A stretch of DNA of 64,000 nt from Candidatus Enterousia sp. (GCA_045593065.1 JAZNVZ010000005.1:37872-101871); one strand, 5' to 3'; shown: positions 8,318 to 19,973, counted from the first letter of the stretch. Program-made: numbers and translations. Notes: generated by a model not told the origin, from the sequence alone.

Positions 8318-8989
8318 ATGAATTTGAAATTTGTTCTTGTATGTTTGTGTTTAGGCGGGTGTATGCAATACACCAGTCCGCCGCACGAAACATGGGCACA
8401 ATATTTGAATGGCGCCAGTTTCATGGACATGAACGAAACAACAAAATTGGCAAAACGGCCTGTGTTTTTGGGTCATGGTGGGAATGTATTAAAAACAGAT
8501 TATGCAAACAATCCAACATTGGAATACGGCGACAAGGCAACAAACGACAGTATTGCTGGACGGGAATATATGGCAAAATTGGAATACGATTTATATGATG
8601 CTTTGCGCACCGCAGGGGTATCTGTGGAACGCGCAGGCACAGATGTTGTTGTGATTTTGGTGCGCAATGCAATCATGAAAAATGATGCCGCCGATATTTC
8701 TGGTAATGGCGATGATATTTTATCAACCGTTGCACGCATTTTAAGAAAATACGATTCAACATATCTGGAAATCGCAGGATATACAGACGCAATGCGCGAT
8801 GCCACCGCGGCAAAACGCATGTCGTTGGACATGGCACAGCGTGTTGGTGTATTTTTATCCCGTAAAGAAATTAAACCGGTGCGGATGTTTATTGTGGGAC
8901 GCGGTTCGGCGCGCCCGATTGCCGCCCAAGATAGCATCGGGCGATTAACCAATCGTAGGGTTGAAATCCGCATTGCCCCCGCACGATAA
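8318..8989 (+). CDS. OmpA/MotB-family peptidoglycan-binding lipoprotein
   Basis: Lipobox LCLGG|C. C-terminal OmpA-like domain LEIAGYTD..AAKRMSLDMAQRV..GRGSARPIA..RLTNRRVEIRI. Confidence 0.8.
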   Translation: MNLKFVLVCLCLGGCMQYTSPPHETWAQYLNGASFMDMNETTKLAKRPVFLGHGGNVLKTDYANNPTLEYGDKATNDSIAGREYMAKLEYDLYDALRTAGVSVERAGTDVVVILVRNAIMKNDAADISGNGDDILSTVARILRKYDSTYLEIAGYTDAMRDATAAKRMSLDMAQRVGVFLSRKEIKPVRMFIVGRGSARPIAAQDSIGRLTNRRVEIRIAPAR

Positions 8990-9059
8990 AATATCTCTTT
9001 TATTTTGATTTTTTTGTTGTTATACTGGACACGAACAGAGAAAACAAAAAGGAAGTACT

Positions 9060-9716
9060 ATGGTAAAAACAAACACAAATATCACTGTTAAAAACTATAA
9101 AAAAACTGGCATTATCGCGGCAATCGTTTTGGTTGTAGCGGCATTGGGCATATGGGCAATCGCATCATCACATCGCGATGTTAGCGTTAATGATGCTATC
9201 GCTGGGGTGTCCACAAATGCTGTATCGGGTGCTGATTTGCGTATGGCTGTTATCCGTATGGATACGGTACAAAATAATGCAGCCGCATTAAAAGATTTGC
9301 GCAATCAACGCGAATCTTATGAAAAAAGATTGCGTGATGAATTGACCAAAGAACAAAAAGCATTGGAAAAAGAAAAAACAGAAATTGAAAAATCCCAAGA
9401 TGTTTTATCCCAAGACGCACTGCAACGCCGCGTGGTTGATTATCAACAACGCGTTGCCAAATTACAACGCAATTTGTCTGAACGCGCACAAAGCATCGAA
9501 GAATCTTATCAAAAAGCATTGGCCGAAATTCAAGACAAACATCTTGATCCTGTTATCGAAGGCGTAATTGCAAAAAAGAATTTGTCTTTGGTAATTGATG
9601 GCCGTTTTGCCCGCACCGGCAAATCCATTGAAAACTTGGACATCACAGATGAAATTGTTTCTGCTTTGAATAAAAAAGTATCATCTGTCAAAATGGCAAA
9701 ACCAAAGGGTTTTTAA
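9060..9716 (+). CDS. OmpH/Skp-like periplasmic chaperone
   Basis: N-terminal anchor/signal, long coiled-coil (LRNQRESYEKRLRDELTKEQKALEKEK..), C-terminal AKKNLSLVIDGR, typical of the Skp family. Confidence 0.6.
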   Translation: MVKTNTNITVKNYKKTGIIAAIVLVVAALGIWAIASSHRDVSVNDAIAGVSTNAVSGADLRMAVIRMDTVQNNAAALKDLRNQRESYEKRLRDELTKEQKALEKEKTEIEKSQDVLSQDALQRRVVDYQQRVAKLQRNLSERAQSIEESYQKALAEIQDKHLDPVIEGVIAKKNLSLVIDGRFARTGKSIENLDITDEIVSALNKKVSSVKMAKPKGF

Positions 9717-9732
9717 TAAGAAACCAACAAAT

Positions 9733-9763
9733 AAAAAATACCGGCGATTGCCGGTGTTTTTTT
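9733..9763. terminator. Bidirectional intrinsic terminator (skp-like / accC convergent junction)
   Basis: A-run, stem ACCGGC / GCCGGT, loop GATT, T-run. Confidence 0.75.
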
Positions 9764-9771
9764 ATATTTTT

Positions 9772-11166
9772 TTATTCTTCGGTCTTTTCTTGTTCGGGAA
9801 CAATTTCATCGTTTGGGTTTGGGGCGGAACTCAGGTAATGTTCCAACCAATGATTATCAAAATTCAACTGACGAAAATCACGATTGTTTAACAATTTTTT
9901 ATGCAGTGGAATTGTGGTTTTTACCCCCTCTATCACAAATTCATCCAGCGCACGCGTTGCACGCATTATACATGTCGCACGCGATGTGTTATGCACAATC
10001 AATTTCGCAATCATAGAATCATATGTTGGCGGGATTGTATACCCAGTATACACCGCAGAATCAACACGCACGCCCAACCCGCCCGATGGCGCATACAACG
10101 ATATCGTCCCAGGATTTGGAACAAATGTCTCGGGGTCTTCGGCATTTATACGAAATTCAATCGCGTGGCCATGCGGCACAATATTTGCCTGGGAATACCC
10201 CAATCGTTCGCCCGCCGCAATACGAATTTGTTCGCGCACCAAATCAATGCCGTATACCATTTCAGTAACAGGGTGTTCCACCTGCAAACGCGTATTTGTT
10301 TCCAAGAAATAAAATTTACCGTCTTCGTACATAAATTCAAATGTGCCGGTACTGAAATACCCCATTTTTTTTGCCGCAGTTTTGCAAATTTCAATCATGT
10401 CATCGCGTTGCTTCTGCGTGAGTATTGCCGCCGGGCATTCTTCGATAACCTTTTGGTTTTTGCGTTGCAGTGAACAATCGCGTTCGCCCAATACAACAAC
10501 ATTGCCATGTTTGTCGCCCAAAATCTGGAATTCAATATGACGCGGATGCAACAACAATTTTTCCATGTATAATGTTTCATCGCCAAAACTGGCCTTGGCC
10601 TCGGCCCGCGTGGTTGTAAATGCATCAGCCAAATCAGCAGGTGTCATCACCGCGCGAATACCGCGTCCACCACCCCCAGATGCCGCCTTTAATATAACAG
10701 GATACCCAATTTTTTCAGCACACACCCGGGCATCATCCAAAGAATTTATTGCGCCATCCGAACCAGGTACAACAGGCAAACCGCACGCAATCGCAGTTTT
10801 TTTAGCATTAACCTTGTCGCCCATACGAACAATCATATCAGGGCTGGGGCCAATCCAAATCATGCCATGGGATTCAACCTTGCGCGCAAACCCGGCGTTT
10901 TCAGACAAAAAACCGTATCCTGGATGAATCGCATCAGCATTCGTTAACAGTGCCGCCGTCAAAATCGCAGATTCATTCAAATAAGAATCCCGCGATGGTG
11001 CCGGTCCAATACACACAGATTCATCAGCCAACTGGGTATGCATCGCATTTTTATCTGCCGTAGAATATACCGCCACAGTACGAATACCCATATCGCGACA
11101 TGCACGAATTATACGCAATGCAATTTCACCACGATTAGCAATTAAAACTTTTTTTATTTGAGACAT
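9772..11166 (-). CDS. accC: Acetyl-CoA carboxylase biotin carboxylase subunit
   Basis: MSQIKKVLIANRGEIALRIIRAC.., ATP-grasp GGGGRGIR, full-length 464 aa. Confidence 0.97.
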   Translation of the reverse strand: MSQIKKVLIANRGEIALRIIRACRDMGIRTVAVYSTADKNAMHTQLADESVCIGPAPSRDSYLNESAILTAALLTNADAIHPGYGFLSENAGFARKVESHGMIWIGPSPDMIVRMGDKVNAKKTAIACGLPVVPGSDGAINSLDDARVCAEKIGYPVILKAASGGGGRGIRAVMTPADLADAFTTTRAEAKASFGDETLYMEKLLLHPRHIEFQILGDKHGNVVVLGERDCSLQRKNQKVIEECPAAILTQKQRDDMIEICKTAAKKMGYFSTGTFEFMYEDGKFYFLETNTRLQVEHPVTEMVYGIDLVREQIRIAAGERLGYSQANIVPHGHAIEFRINAEDPETFVPNPGTISLYAPSGGLGVRVDSAVYTGYTIPPTYDSMIAKLIVHNTSRATCIMRATRALDEFVIEGVKTTIPLHKKLLNNRDFRQLNFDNHWLEHYLSSAPNPNDEIVPEQEKTEE

Positions 11167-11171
11167 ACTTT

Positions 11172-11615
11172 TTACTCAATAACAATTAAAGGTTGGTCAA
11201 ATTCAACCGCCTGGGCATCAGCAACCAAAATTTCTTTGACAACACCATCAGTTGTTGCCTTAATCGGGTTAAATGTTTTCATTGCCTCGACCAATGCGAC
11301 AGTATCACCAGCATGTACCGTATCGCCAACCTTGACGAATGGTTTTGCCCCAGGTTCTGTTGCCAAATACACAACACCAACCATTGGCGATTTCAGTGCA
11401 TTTGCATACTCTTTGCCCCCAGAATTTGTTGCGGTTGTTGAATTTTTGATTGTTTTATCCACAGGAAATGTCGGCATCGCCGCAGGTGTACCCTTGGATA
11501 AATGGATATGTTTACGATAAACACCAAATAAAAATTGACGTTCTAAATCCAGTTCTGTTATTCCCATTTCATCCATGATTTGCGACATAGATTCAACGGT
11601 TGCACGAAAAGACAT
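11172..11615 (-). CDS. accB: Biotin carboxyl carrier protein
   Basis: Biotinyl-lysine motif VEAMKTFNPI; 5 nt upstream of accC. Confidence 0.95.
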   Translation of the reverse strand: MSFRATVESMSQIMDEMGITELDLERQFLFGVYRKHIHLSKGTPAAMPTFPVDKTIKNSTTATNSGGKEYANALKSPMVGVVYLATEPGAKPFVKVGDTVHAGDTVALVEAMKTFNPIKATTDGVVKEILVADAQAVEFDQPLIVIE

Positions 11616-11676
11616 TTTTTAATCCTTTATAACATTAATATCTCACCACAGAATTGTACCACAAATACACTAAAAG

Positions 11677-11919
11677 TCAAGGTACAGGGTCATATCCAAA
11701 TCCGCCACCCGGACGACAACGGCTGATTCTGCGGATTCCAAGAATTACCCCGCGGACAAACCCATATTTTTTAATTGATTGGGCGGTATATTCACTGCAT
11801 GTTGGAATAAATCTGCACGCGCAACGACCACCAATAAATGGTGATATACACGATTGATAAAATCGCACCATGCCTATACCGACACGAGTTAAAATTGACT
11901 GTTTATTTGTGTGTGGCAT
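11677..11919 (-). CDS. yidD: Membrane protein insertion efficiency factor YidD
   Basis: [33 protein letters not shown] signature. Confidence 0.9.
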   Translation of the reverse strand: MPHTNKQSILTRVGIGMVRFYQSCISPFIGGRCACRFIPTCSEYTAQSIKKYGFVRGVILGIRRISRCRPGGGFGYDPVP

Positions 11920-12265
11920 ATTGTTTTTGAATTTTTTTCAACGCACGCACCATCAAATCGCGCCCCATATCCCGAGATACATTTTCGCCCAATATGTCTG
12001 GACGCGCAAAGAAAACGTAATCCAGTTCTGGATGCATATAATCCGCCGCAAACGCAATCCAATCACGCAATAAACGTTTCACCCTGTTGCGTTTCACAGC
12101 AAAACGAAAATTGCGTTTAGACACCACCAGACCATATCTGGGGTCGGCGGGAAATTTTGCCATGCGCGTACGAATCGAAAACAAATCATTGACCGCCGAT
12201 GGTAATTCGCGGTCTGTTTTGAAATCGATATGATTCTTTATTGTGTTTCTCATAAGGTATATCAT
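11903..12265 (-). CDS. rnpA: Ribonuclease P protein component
   Basis: [20 protein letters not shown] motif; overlaps yidD as usual. No rpmH found upstream. Confidence 0.85.
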   Translation of the reverse strand: MIYLMRNTIKNHIDFKTDRELPSAVNDLFSIRTRMAKFPADPRYGLVVSKRNFRFAVKRNRVKRLLRDWIAFAADYMHPELDYVFFARPDILGENVSRDMGRDLMVRALKKIQKQYATHK

Positions 12266-12357
12266 ACCAAAATATACACAAAATCAAATAAAAACATTTT
12301 TTGCGCCACATACTTGATTTTTGGCACTGGGCGTTTTATAGTGGCCATAGAAACTAA

Positions 12358-13431
<1,074 letters not shown>

Positions 13432-13480
13432 TACCAAAATTTATCTGTCTGCGCACGGCGCAGCCACAATTTCAAAATAT

Positions 13481-13509
13481 AAAAATGCCGGCAAATGCCG
13501 GTATTTTTT
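13481..13509 (+). terminator. Intrinsic terminator after mreB
   Basis: AAAAA-TGCCGGC-AAAT-GCCGGTA-TTTTTT; contains the CCGGCAAATGCCGG core at 13488-13501. Confidence 0.8.
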
Positions 13510-13599
13510 GTGTTTTTTCCGCATAAAAAATTTATATAAATCGGTTGAAAATTCGGTTTTTATCGTGTATCGTACATAGGACAGACAAAGGGTAAAAGC

Positions 13600-13800
13600 A
13601 TGGCAGAAGAAACAAAAAAATTAACTTTCGAAGAAGCGTATAACCAGTTGACACAACTGGTAAAAAAAATGGAATCAGGTGAATTGCCTTTGGCGGATTC
13701 TGTCGCGGCATATGAACAAGGCATTAAACTGAAAGCATACTGCGAACAATTATTAAAAGAAGCAGAATTAAAAATAGAAACATTAAAAATTCCTGCATAA
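13600..13800 (+). CDS. xseB: Exodeoxyribonuclease VII small subunit
   Basis: 66 aa; LTFEEAYNQLTQLVKKMESGELPLADSVAAYEQGIKL, typical of XseB. Confidence 0.85.
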   Translation: MAEETKKLTFEEAYNQLTQLVKKMESGELPLADSVAAYEQGIKLKAYCEQLLKEAELKIETLKIPA

Positions 13801-13812
13801 CGGACAATTATC

Positions 13813-16332
13813 GTGGCAACAAAAAATAAACTTTCACCGGTAATGCAACAGTATATGGATATGAAAAAAGAAAATCCAGATGCGTTGTTGTTGTTTCGAT
13901 TGGGCGATTTTTACGAGGCGTTCTTTGATGATGCCAAAACCATCAGCGAATCTTTGAGTTTGGTTTTAACACATCGCGGCACCGATGAAAATGGTGCAGA
14001 TATTCCAATGTGTGGCATTCCATGGCACGCGGCTGATAATTATTTGGGACGATTGGTAAAAAACGGGTTCTGTGTGGCATTGGTTGAACAAATGGAAACG
14101 CCTGCCCAGGCAGCGGCACGCGGGCATAAATTCATTGAACGAAAAATCGTTCGGGTATTAACACCAGGCACATTAACAGATGAAAATTTATTAAACCCCA
14201 AGAATGCAAATTTTTTGGTCGCCATTGTTCCAATTCAAAACAACAAATTTGATGTCGCCGGATGCGATATTTCAACTGGTGAATTTTTTGTTGGTCAAAC
14301 CGCAGACATTATCGATGATTTGGTTAGGTTAAATCCCGCAGAGGTTATTTACCCCGCGTCTTATGCAGAACACGATACTATTTTTCATTTGCGCACCATT
14401 TTCAAAACAACACCTGTATTTGAAAAACTCTATATTCGGGCTGATATTACACAGATTGTATCACGCGTATTTTGTGGTGTAATTGATGGCGCACAATCGC
14501 AAAATATGGACAATGCAACATATTTGTTGGCTGGATATTTATTTAACACTGGTCGGGGCGCAACAACAACATTTCGCGCACCACGACAATTTAAATCAAA
14601 TTCACAATTATTAATCGATTCTGCAACATGGAAAAGTTTGGAAATAGATGCCCCGATAAACAATGGCGGCATGTGTTTAATTGATGTACTGGATAAAACC
14701 AAAACTGCCGCAGGCGCACGAAAATTGCGCGCATACCTGCGGGCGTTGTCTGGCGATATTAACGATATAAAATTACGGCAAATGCACATTGCGCATTTTG
14801 TATCTAATCGAAACACATTAATAAATGTTGTTCATGATTTGTCATCTATGCCTGATGTTGGGCGCAGTTTGGCGCGTTTAATGTCTGGACGCGGAACACC
14901 ACGCGACATGGCGCACATTCGCGATTTTTTGGTAAATTTGCCAAACGCAAAAATGATGGCACGCGGATTGGATAAAAATTTTGCAGAACGTTTAGATTCA
15001 ATCAAAACCCATGATGAATTGGCATTAAAATTAAAGCGCGCATTGGCCGATGCGTTGCCAACATTTTTCCGCGATGGAAATGTTATTCGCGATGGATTTG
15101 ATATTGCATTGGATAAAATGCGTGAATTATCACATGGCGCAAAAAACACTATTGCAAATCTGCAATCTCAATACATTAACCAAACAGGCATCAATACATT
15201 AAAAATCAAATTTAACAATATTCTGGGATATTTTATAGAGGTTCCCAGTACCCGCGCAGACGGTATGATGAAACCCGATTCTGGATTTATACATCGTCAA
15301 ACATTGGCGGGAAATATGCGTTTTACAACCCCGCAATTAATTGATTTAGACAACGATATCCGCAGTGCCACAGACAAGGCATTCGGTATTGAAAACGAAA
15401 TTATTGACGGTTTTATAAATGACATTCGTAATATCGCAGATGATTTATTAAATACCGCTGATTTGTTGGCTGATTTAGATGTGTGGTCTGCATTGGCCAT
15501 GTGTGCCGTGGAATATAATTGGGTATGTCCACAAATCACAAACGATTTTAATTTCCATGTTGTTGGCGGGCGACACCCTGTGATAGAGGCCGTACTGCAT
15601 TCACATGGCGATAATTTTGTTAAAAACGATTGTGATTTGTCTTCACATAAAATCGCATTATTAACTGGCCCAAACATGGCGGGAAAATCAACATATTTGC
15701 GTCAAAACGCATTAATTGTCGTATTGGCACATTTGGGGTCTTTTGTGCCTGCAACTGATGCAACAGTTGGTGTGTGCGACCAATTATTCAGCCGTGTTGG
15801 CGCGTCTGATAATCTGGCCGCAGGACAATCAACATTTATGGTCGAAATGAGTGAAACCGCCAACATATTACGCCGCGCAACCCAGCATTCTTTTATTATA
15901 TTTGATGAAATTGGTCGTGGTACAGCAACATATGACGGTATGGCAATCGCACAATCTGTATTAGAATACATAAATAATTTGACACCGCGCACATTATTCG
16001 CAACACATTATCATGAATTAACGGCATTGTCCGGGGATAACAATGGGGCATTAAAAAATGTTTCTTGTTTAACGATTGATGTACGCGAATACAACAACGA
16101 AATTATATTTATGCACAAAATTATCCCAGGTGTTGCAAATCGTTCTTATGGTATTCATGTCGCAAAAATGGCTGGTATGCCTGATGCGGTTGTTAAACGC
16201 GCAGAAGAAGTTCTGGGCAATTTAGAAAACGGCAAAATCGTTACGGTCGAAATCAAAAAGGCACCAGAAAAGTCAAAAACCAAGATGCAGTTAAATGACG
16301 ATATGCCTCAGTTATCTTTGTTTGGGTCTTGA
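13813..16332 (+). CDS. mutS: DNA mismatch repair protein MutS
   Basis: GTG start. SPVMQQY..FYEAFFDDA mismatch-binding N-term, GPNMAGKSTYLRQ Walker A, DEIGRGTATYDG. Confidence 0.97.
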   Translation: MATKNKLSPVMQQYMDMKKENPDALLLFRLGDFYEAFFDDAKTISESLSLVLTHRGTDENGADIPMCGIPWHAADNYLGRLVKNGFCVALVEQMETPAQAAARGHKFIERKIVRVLTPGTLTDENLLNPKNANFLVAIVPIQNNKFDVAGCDISTGEFFVGQTADIIDDLVRLNPAEVIYPASYAEHDTIFHLRTIFKTTPVFEKLYIRADITQIVSRVFCGVIDGAQSQNMDNATYLLAGYLFNTGRGATTTFRAPRQFKSNSQLLIDSATWKSLEIDAPINNGGMCLIDVLDKTKTAAGARKLRAYLRALSGDINDIKLRQMHIAHFVSNRNTLINVVHDLSSMPDVGRSLARLMSGRGTPRDMAHIRDFLVNLPNAKMMARGLDKNFAERLDSIKTHDELALKLKRALADALPTFFRDGNVIRDGFDIALDKMRELSHGAKNTIANLQSQYINQTGINTLKIKFNNILGYFIEVPSTRADGMMKPDSGFIHRQTLAGNMRFTTPQLIDLDNDIRSATDKAFGIENEIIDGFINDIRNIADDLLNTADLLADLDVWSALAMCAVEYNWVCPQITNDFNFHVVGGRHPVIEAVLHSHGDNFVKNDCDLSSHKIALLTGPNMAGKSTYLRQNALIVVLAHLGSFVPATDATVGVCDQLFSRVGASDNLAAGQSTFMVEMSETANILRRATQHSFIIFDEIGRGTATYDGMAIAQSVLEYINNLTPRTLFATHYHELTALSGDNNGALKNVSCLTIDVREYNNEIIFMHKIIPGVANRSYGIHVAKMAGMPDAVVKRAEEVLGNLENGKIVTVEIKKAPEKSKTKMQLNDDMPQLSLFGS

Positions 16333-16335
16333 AAC

Positions 16336-17205
16336 ATGTCTGGATGGATTATTTTAGATAAATCGTCAGGATTATTTAGCAGAAGTGCATGCAATCGTGT
16401 GGCACGAATGTTCGGCATAAAAAAATCTGGACATATTGGCACATTGGACCCAATGGCAACTGGTGTTTTACCAATCGCGTTGGGGGATGCAACGAAAATG
16501 ATTCCTTTTGTTCAAGAAAACAACCACGGTATCAAAGAATATTTGTTTTCGTTGCAATTTGGGTATTTAACCGACACTTTGGATATAACCGGCACAACAA
16601 CCGCACAAAACAACATTATTCCCACAGATGCACAAATAAATGATGTGTTGGATGGATTGTGTGGCGACATAGAACAAATCCCACCTGCGTACAGCGCAAT
16701 TCATATAAACGGGCAACGCGCATACAAAATTGCACGGGGCGGTAATAACATCCAAATACCTGCGCGGAATGTTCATATTTATGAATTAAAATATAACGGA
16801 TTTAATGGAAAATCTTGGTGCTTTGCCGTCCGTTGCAGCACCGGAACCTATGTTCGCAGTATTGCCCGCGACATTGCAGAAAAATGTGGCACAATCGCAA
16901 CGGTGGACATGATACGCAGAACGCAAACAAACGGTTTTGATATAAAAAATGCGCTCACACTTGATTTTTTGGAAAATCTGTATAATAATGGGGGCGACAT
17001 CACGCAATATTTGATGCCATTGGATTTAGGACTGGGGGACATTCCGGTTTTAAATCTGGACGATAAAGATACCGAATTTTATAAGCACGGTGGATTTATC
17101 AAAACCGCAATGCCAGACGGCATATTTCGAATTTATAACAATACGAAATTTGTTGGAATTGGCGTTGTTAACAATAAACAACTGCGTCCAAAACGCACAA
17201 TATAA
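16336..17205 (+). CDS. truB: tRNA pseudouridine-55 synthase
   Basis: GHIGTLDPMATGVLPIALG catalytic-Asp motif; 3 nt after mutS. Confidence 0.93.
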   Translation: MSGWIILDKSSGLFSRSACNRVARMFGIKKSGHIGTLDPMATGVLPIALGDATKMIPFVQENNHGIKEYLFSLQFGYLTDTLDITGTTTAQNNIIPTDAQINDVLDGLCGDIEQIPPAYSAIHINGQRAYKIARGGNNIQIPARNVHIYELKYNGFNGKSWCFAVRCSTGTYVRSIARDIAEKCGTIATVDMIRRTQTNGFDIKNALTLDFLENLYNNGGDITQYLMPLDLGLGDIPVLNLDDKDTEFYKHGGFIKTAMPDGIFRIYNNTKFVGIGVVNNKQLRPKRTI

Positions 17206-17217
17206 AAAGGAAATGTA

Positions 17218-17490
17218 ATGTCCATTACAAAAACAAAAAAAACTGAATTAATCCAAGAATTCAAGGTGTCAGAACACGATAACGGCGGCAGTGCGGCATC
17301 CCAGGTTGCAGTATTGACTGAACGCATTCGTAATTTGACAGAACACATGAAAAACAATCACAAAGACGAACATTCTAAACGTGGTTTGTTGTTAATGGTT
17401 AATCGCCGTAAAAAATTGTTGGCATATATCAAACGCCGCAATGTTGCTGATTACGAAGCATTAATCAAAAAATTAGGTTTGCGTAAATAA
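17218..17490 (+). CDS. rpsO: 30S ribosomal protein S15
   Basis: 90 aa; GSAASQVAVLTERIRNLTEHMKNNHKDEHSKRGLL. Confidence 0.97.
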   Translation: MSITKTKKTELIQEFKVSEHDNGGSAASQVAVLTERIRNLTEHMKNNHKDEHSKRGLLLMVNRRKKLLAYIKRRNVADYEALIKKLGLRK

Positions 17491-17512
17491 TTACACAAAC
17501 AATTCTATGATG

Positions 17513-17540
17513 CAGCCGCCATTTTTGGCGGTTGTTTTTT
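17513..17540 (+). terminator. Intrinsic terminator after rpsO
   Basis: Stem CAGCCGCC / GGCGGTTG, loop ATTTTT, T6 run. Confidence 0.75.
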
Positions 17541-17542
17541 AT

Positions 17543-17577
17543 AAAAAAAAATCACCAACATTTGCTGGTGATTTTTT
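17543..17577 (-). terminator. Intrinsic terminator for the minus-strand TPR gene
   Basis: A-run, ATCACCA..TGGTGAT stem, T-run (read on the minus strand it ends in a U-run). Confidence 0.65.
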
Positions 17578-17597
17578 CAAGGGGTACAAATATCAAA

Positions 17598-18560
17598 TTA
17601 TTCAACAGGTACACTGTCTACGACAATGGAATCTTGCAAATCATTTATTAATTGTTCCAAATGTTCCATTGTTTCTGTATCATTCAGCGCATTTGCAATT
17701 TGATACGCATCACGCAGACGGTTTAACGCCTCGGTCTTGTTGTTTAATTTCAAATACAGTGCGGCAGTTTTTTCGTTATACAACATAACATCATGCGGTA
17801 ATTTTTCGCGTTCTGCATCATCTTTGACACCATTTAATTGTTCTTTGATGATTTGCATTGCTGTTGTGTAATCGGTTATCGCATCTGCATATTCGCCTTT
17901 GGCGGTGTATGCCTCGGCCCGTTCGGCATAAACATCTGGCGAAACAGTTCCGTCTGGATGTGTCAAAGAATTTGTGTAATCAGCGATTGCACCATCCCAA
18001 TTTTTTTGCCACAAATTTAATTGTCCGCGTTTCGCATATAAATCGCGCATTGGTACCGCTGGATTTGGATTCGTTGCAGCCACAACCAACGCGTTATTAA
18101 TATCAATCATTGCAGATTCATAATCTTCTAATCTCATTTCCAACAACGCACGGTCATAAAATGCCAAAACATTTGTTGGGTCGTGTTCGATTGATGAATT
18201 AAAGTCCGCCAATGCCTTTTTGTAATCGCCTTGCAACAGATATGCCTCGCCACGGTTTAGATACGCCGCCCCGGATACTGCGCCAGAATCAACAACCACA
18301 CTCAAATCTGCGATTGCGCCATCGATGTCGCCCGCCGCCAATTTATCTTTGCCGGAATTAAAATAATCACTGGCCTGCATTAAAATTTCTTCGTTTAATG
18401 TCGCAGGATTATGAATCATTCCATGACTGCGCCCCAAAATATAGAAAGTTGCAGCGATGAAAAATAAAATGATAAACCAATATACATATATCGGTGTCGA
18501 CCATGTAGACGCCGCGGTTTTCGTGGCCGTTGGTTTTGTTTTGATTGTTTTTTTGCGCAT
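17598..18560 (-). CDS. Membrane-anchored tetratricopeptide-repeat protein
   Basis: N-terminal TM YVYWFIILFFIAATFYILG, followed by repeated A..Y..A....P TPR-like units. Confidence 0.65.
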   Translation of the reverse strand: MRKKTIKTKPTATKTAASTWSTPIYVYWFIILFFIAATFYILGRSHGMIHNPATLNEEILMQASDYFNSGKDKLAAGDIDGAIADLSVVVDSGAVSGAAYLNRGEAYLLQGDYKKALADFNSSIEHDPTNVLAFYDRALLEMRLEDYESAMIDINNALVVAATNPNPAVPMRDLYAKRGQLNLWQKNWDGAIADYTNSLTHPDGTVSPDVYAERAEAYTAKGEYADAITDYTTAMQIIKEQLNGVKDDAEREKLPHDVMLYNEKTAALYLKLNNKTEALNRLRDAYQIANALNDTETMEHLEQLINDLQDSIVVDSVPVE

Positions 18561-18597
18561 TGACGCCCCCCTTGGTTATTCTCTCTATACATAAATA

Positions 18598-19293
18598 TTA
18601 AAGAGTTTTTAAGAGCAGGTCAATATCTTTCTGCATAACTTTGATAATTTTTCCCTGGGGCAATGTCCCCAATTTTAAATTGCCAAAAGATTCACGATGT
18701 AATTTTTGAACCGGGGCACCACATGCACGCAATACAATTCTAACCTCGTTCTTTTTTCCTTCGGTTACAATCACGCGCAATTTGCCGCCGCCTAAATCTG
18801 TGATTTCCATTGGTCGATAATGAATTCCATCAACGGTTGCACCACGGCGCGCAATATCAAAATTTGGTTTTGTGCCACCAACGCGCGCCAAATAAGTCCG
18901 CGGTATTTTGTTTGTTGGCAAAGATAATTTTTGCGCCAAATCACCATCATTGGTCAGCAACAGCAACCCCGTGGTTTTATAATCCAAACGCCCAACATAG
19001 CGTAAATGTTTATATTCATTAGGTAAAACATCATAAATTGTTTTACGCGCAAGAGGGTCGCGTGCAGTTGTCATAACATTCAACGGTTTATTAAAAATAT
19101 ATAATTCTGTTTCTTGATGTGGTCTTACAATATTTCCATTAACACTGACCACATCCAAATCGTCAACCAATGTCGCAGCAGAATCCAACACCACACCATT
19201 AACTGCAACCGCACCATCTGCAATTAATTTTTCTGCATCCCTGCGTGAAGAAACACCAGAATGCGATAAAAATTTTGCAATTCTTTGTTTCAT
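18598..19293 (-). CDS. RsuA/RluB/RluF-family rRNA pseudouridine synthase
   Basis: S4 domain RIAKFLSHSGVSSRRDAEKLIADGAVAVNG; catalytic GRLDYKTTGLLLLTNDG. Confidence 0.85.
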   Translation of the reverse strand: MKQRIAKFLSHSGVSSRRDAEKLIADGAVAVNGVVLDSAATLVDDLDVVSVNGNIVRPHQETELYIFNKPLNVMTTARDPLARKTIYDVLPNEYKHLRYVGRLDYKTTGLLLLTNDGDLAQKLSLPTNKIPRTYLARVGGTKPNFDIARRGATVDGIHYRPMEITDLGGGKLRVIVTEGKKNEVRIVLRACGAPVQKLHRESFGNLKLGTLPQGKIIKVMQKDIDLLLKTL

Positions 19294-19946
19294 TGCATCA
19301 CCCGTGATATTGTAATTGGCCCCGCCAATTCTGCACGCAAAATTGTTTTACCCAACGATATCCCGCGGGCACCATTTTTATCCAACATATCAAATTCACT
19401 GTCCGCAAATCCACCTTCGGGACCAACCAAAACATTTTTTACATTTTTATAATTTTGTGGCAATTCGCGACCATATGCCGCCCTTTCGTCTGCAAAGACC
19501 AATTCCGCAAATGGCAAATCGACAAACTTAATTGGCGATGCAATTTCAGGCACACTGTTGCGATTTGATTGTTCGGCGGCCTGGGCCACTATCGTTTTCA
19601 TACGCCCCCAATTTATGTGATTTGCCACCGTGTGTTCCGTTATCACAGGCACAAATTTTTTCACACCCATTTGGGTCGCCATGTTTAACATATCATCCAT
19701 ACGCTTTATCGGTGCAAAATACAATGTGATATCGTTTGACGGGTCAATGTGCCCTGTTTTTTCACCAACAATCACGGATTTGCCGTCACCTGTTAATTCA
19801 GCCCTATATTCATTACCATCACCAAAGACCAAACAATCATTTCGGCGCATAACGCGCAACAAATAATGCGACACAGATTTATCAATCGGTATCATAATAC
19901 CGGTTTTAATATTTGTGCCGATAAAAATTCTTGGTATGTTTTTCAT
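19290..19946 (-). CDS. rsmE: 16S rRNA (uracil1498-N3)-methyltransferase
   Basis: RsmE-type C-terminus VLVGPEGGFADSEF..GISLGKTILRAE; 4-nt overlap with the next gene. Confidence 0.85.
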   Translation of the reverse strand: MKNIPRIFIGTNIKTGIMIPIDKSVSHYLLRVMRRNDCLVFGDGNEYRAELTGDGKSVIVGEKTGHIDPSNDITLYFAPIKRMDDMLNMATQMGVKKFVPVITEHTVANHINWGRMKTIVAQAAEQSNRNSVPEIASPIKFVDLPFAELVFADERAAYGRELPQNYKNVKNVLVGPEGGFADSEFDMLDKNGARGISLGKTILRAELAGPITISRVMQ

Positions 19947-19973
19947 TTCGTGATTTATCTTTGGTTGTTTTTC

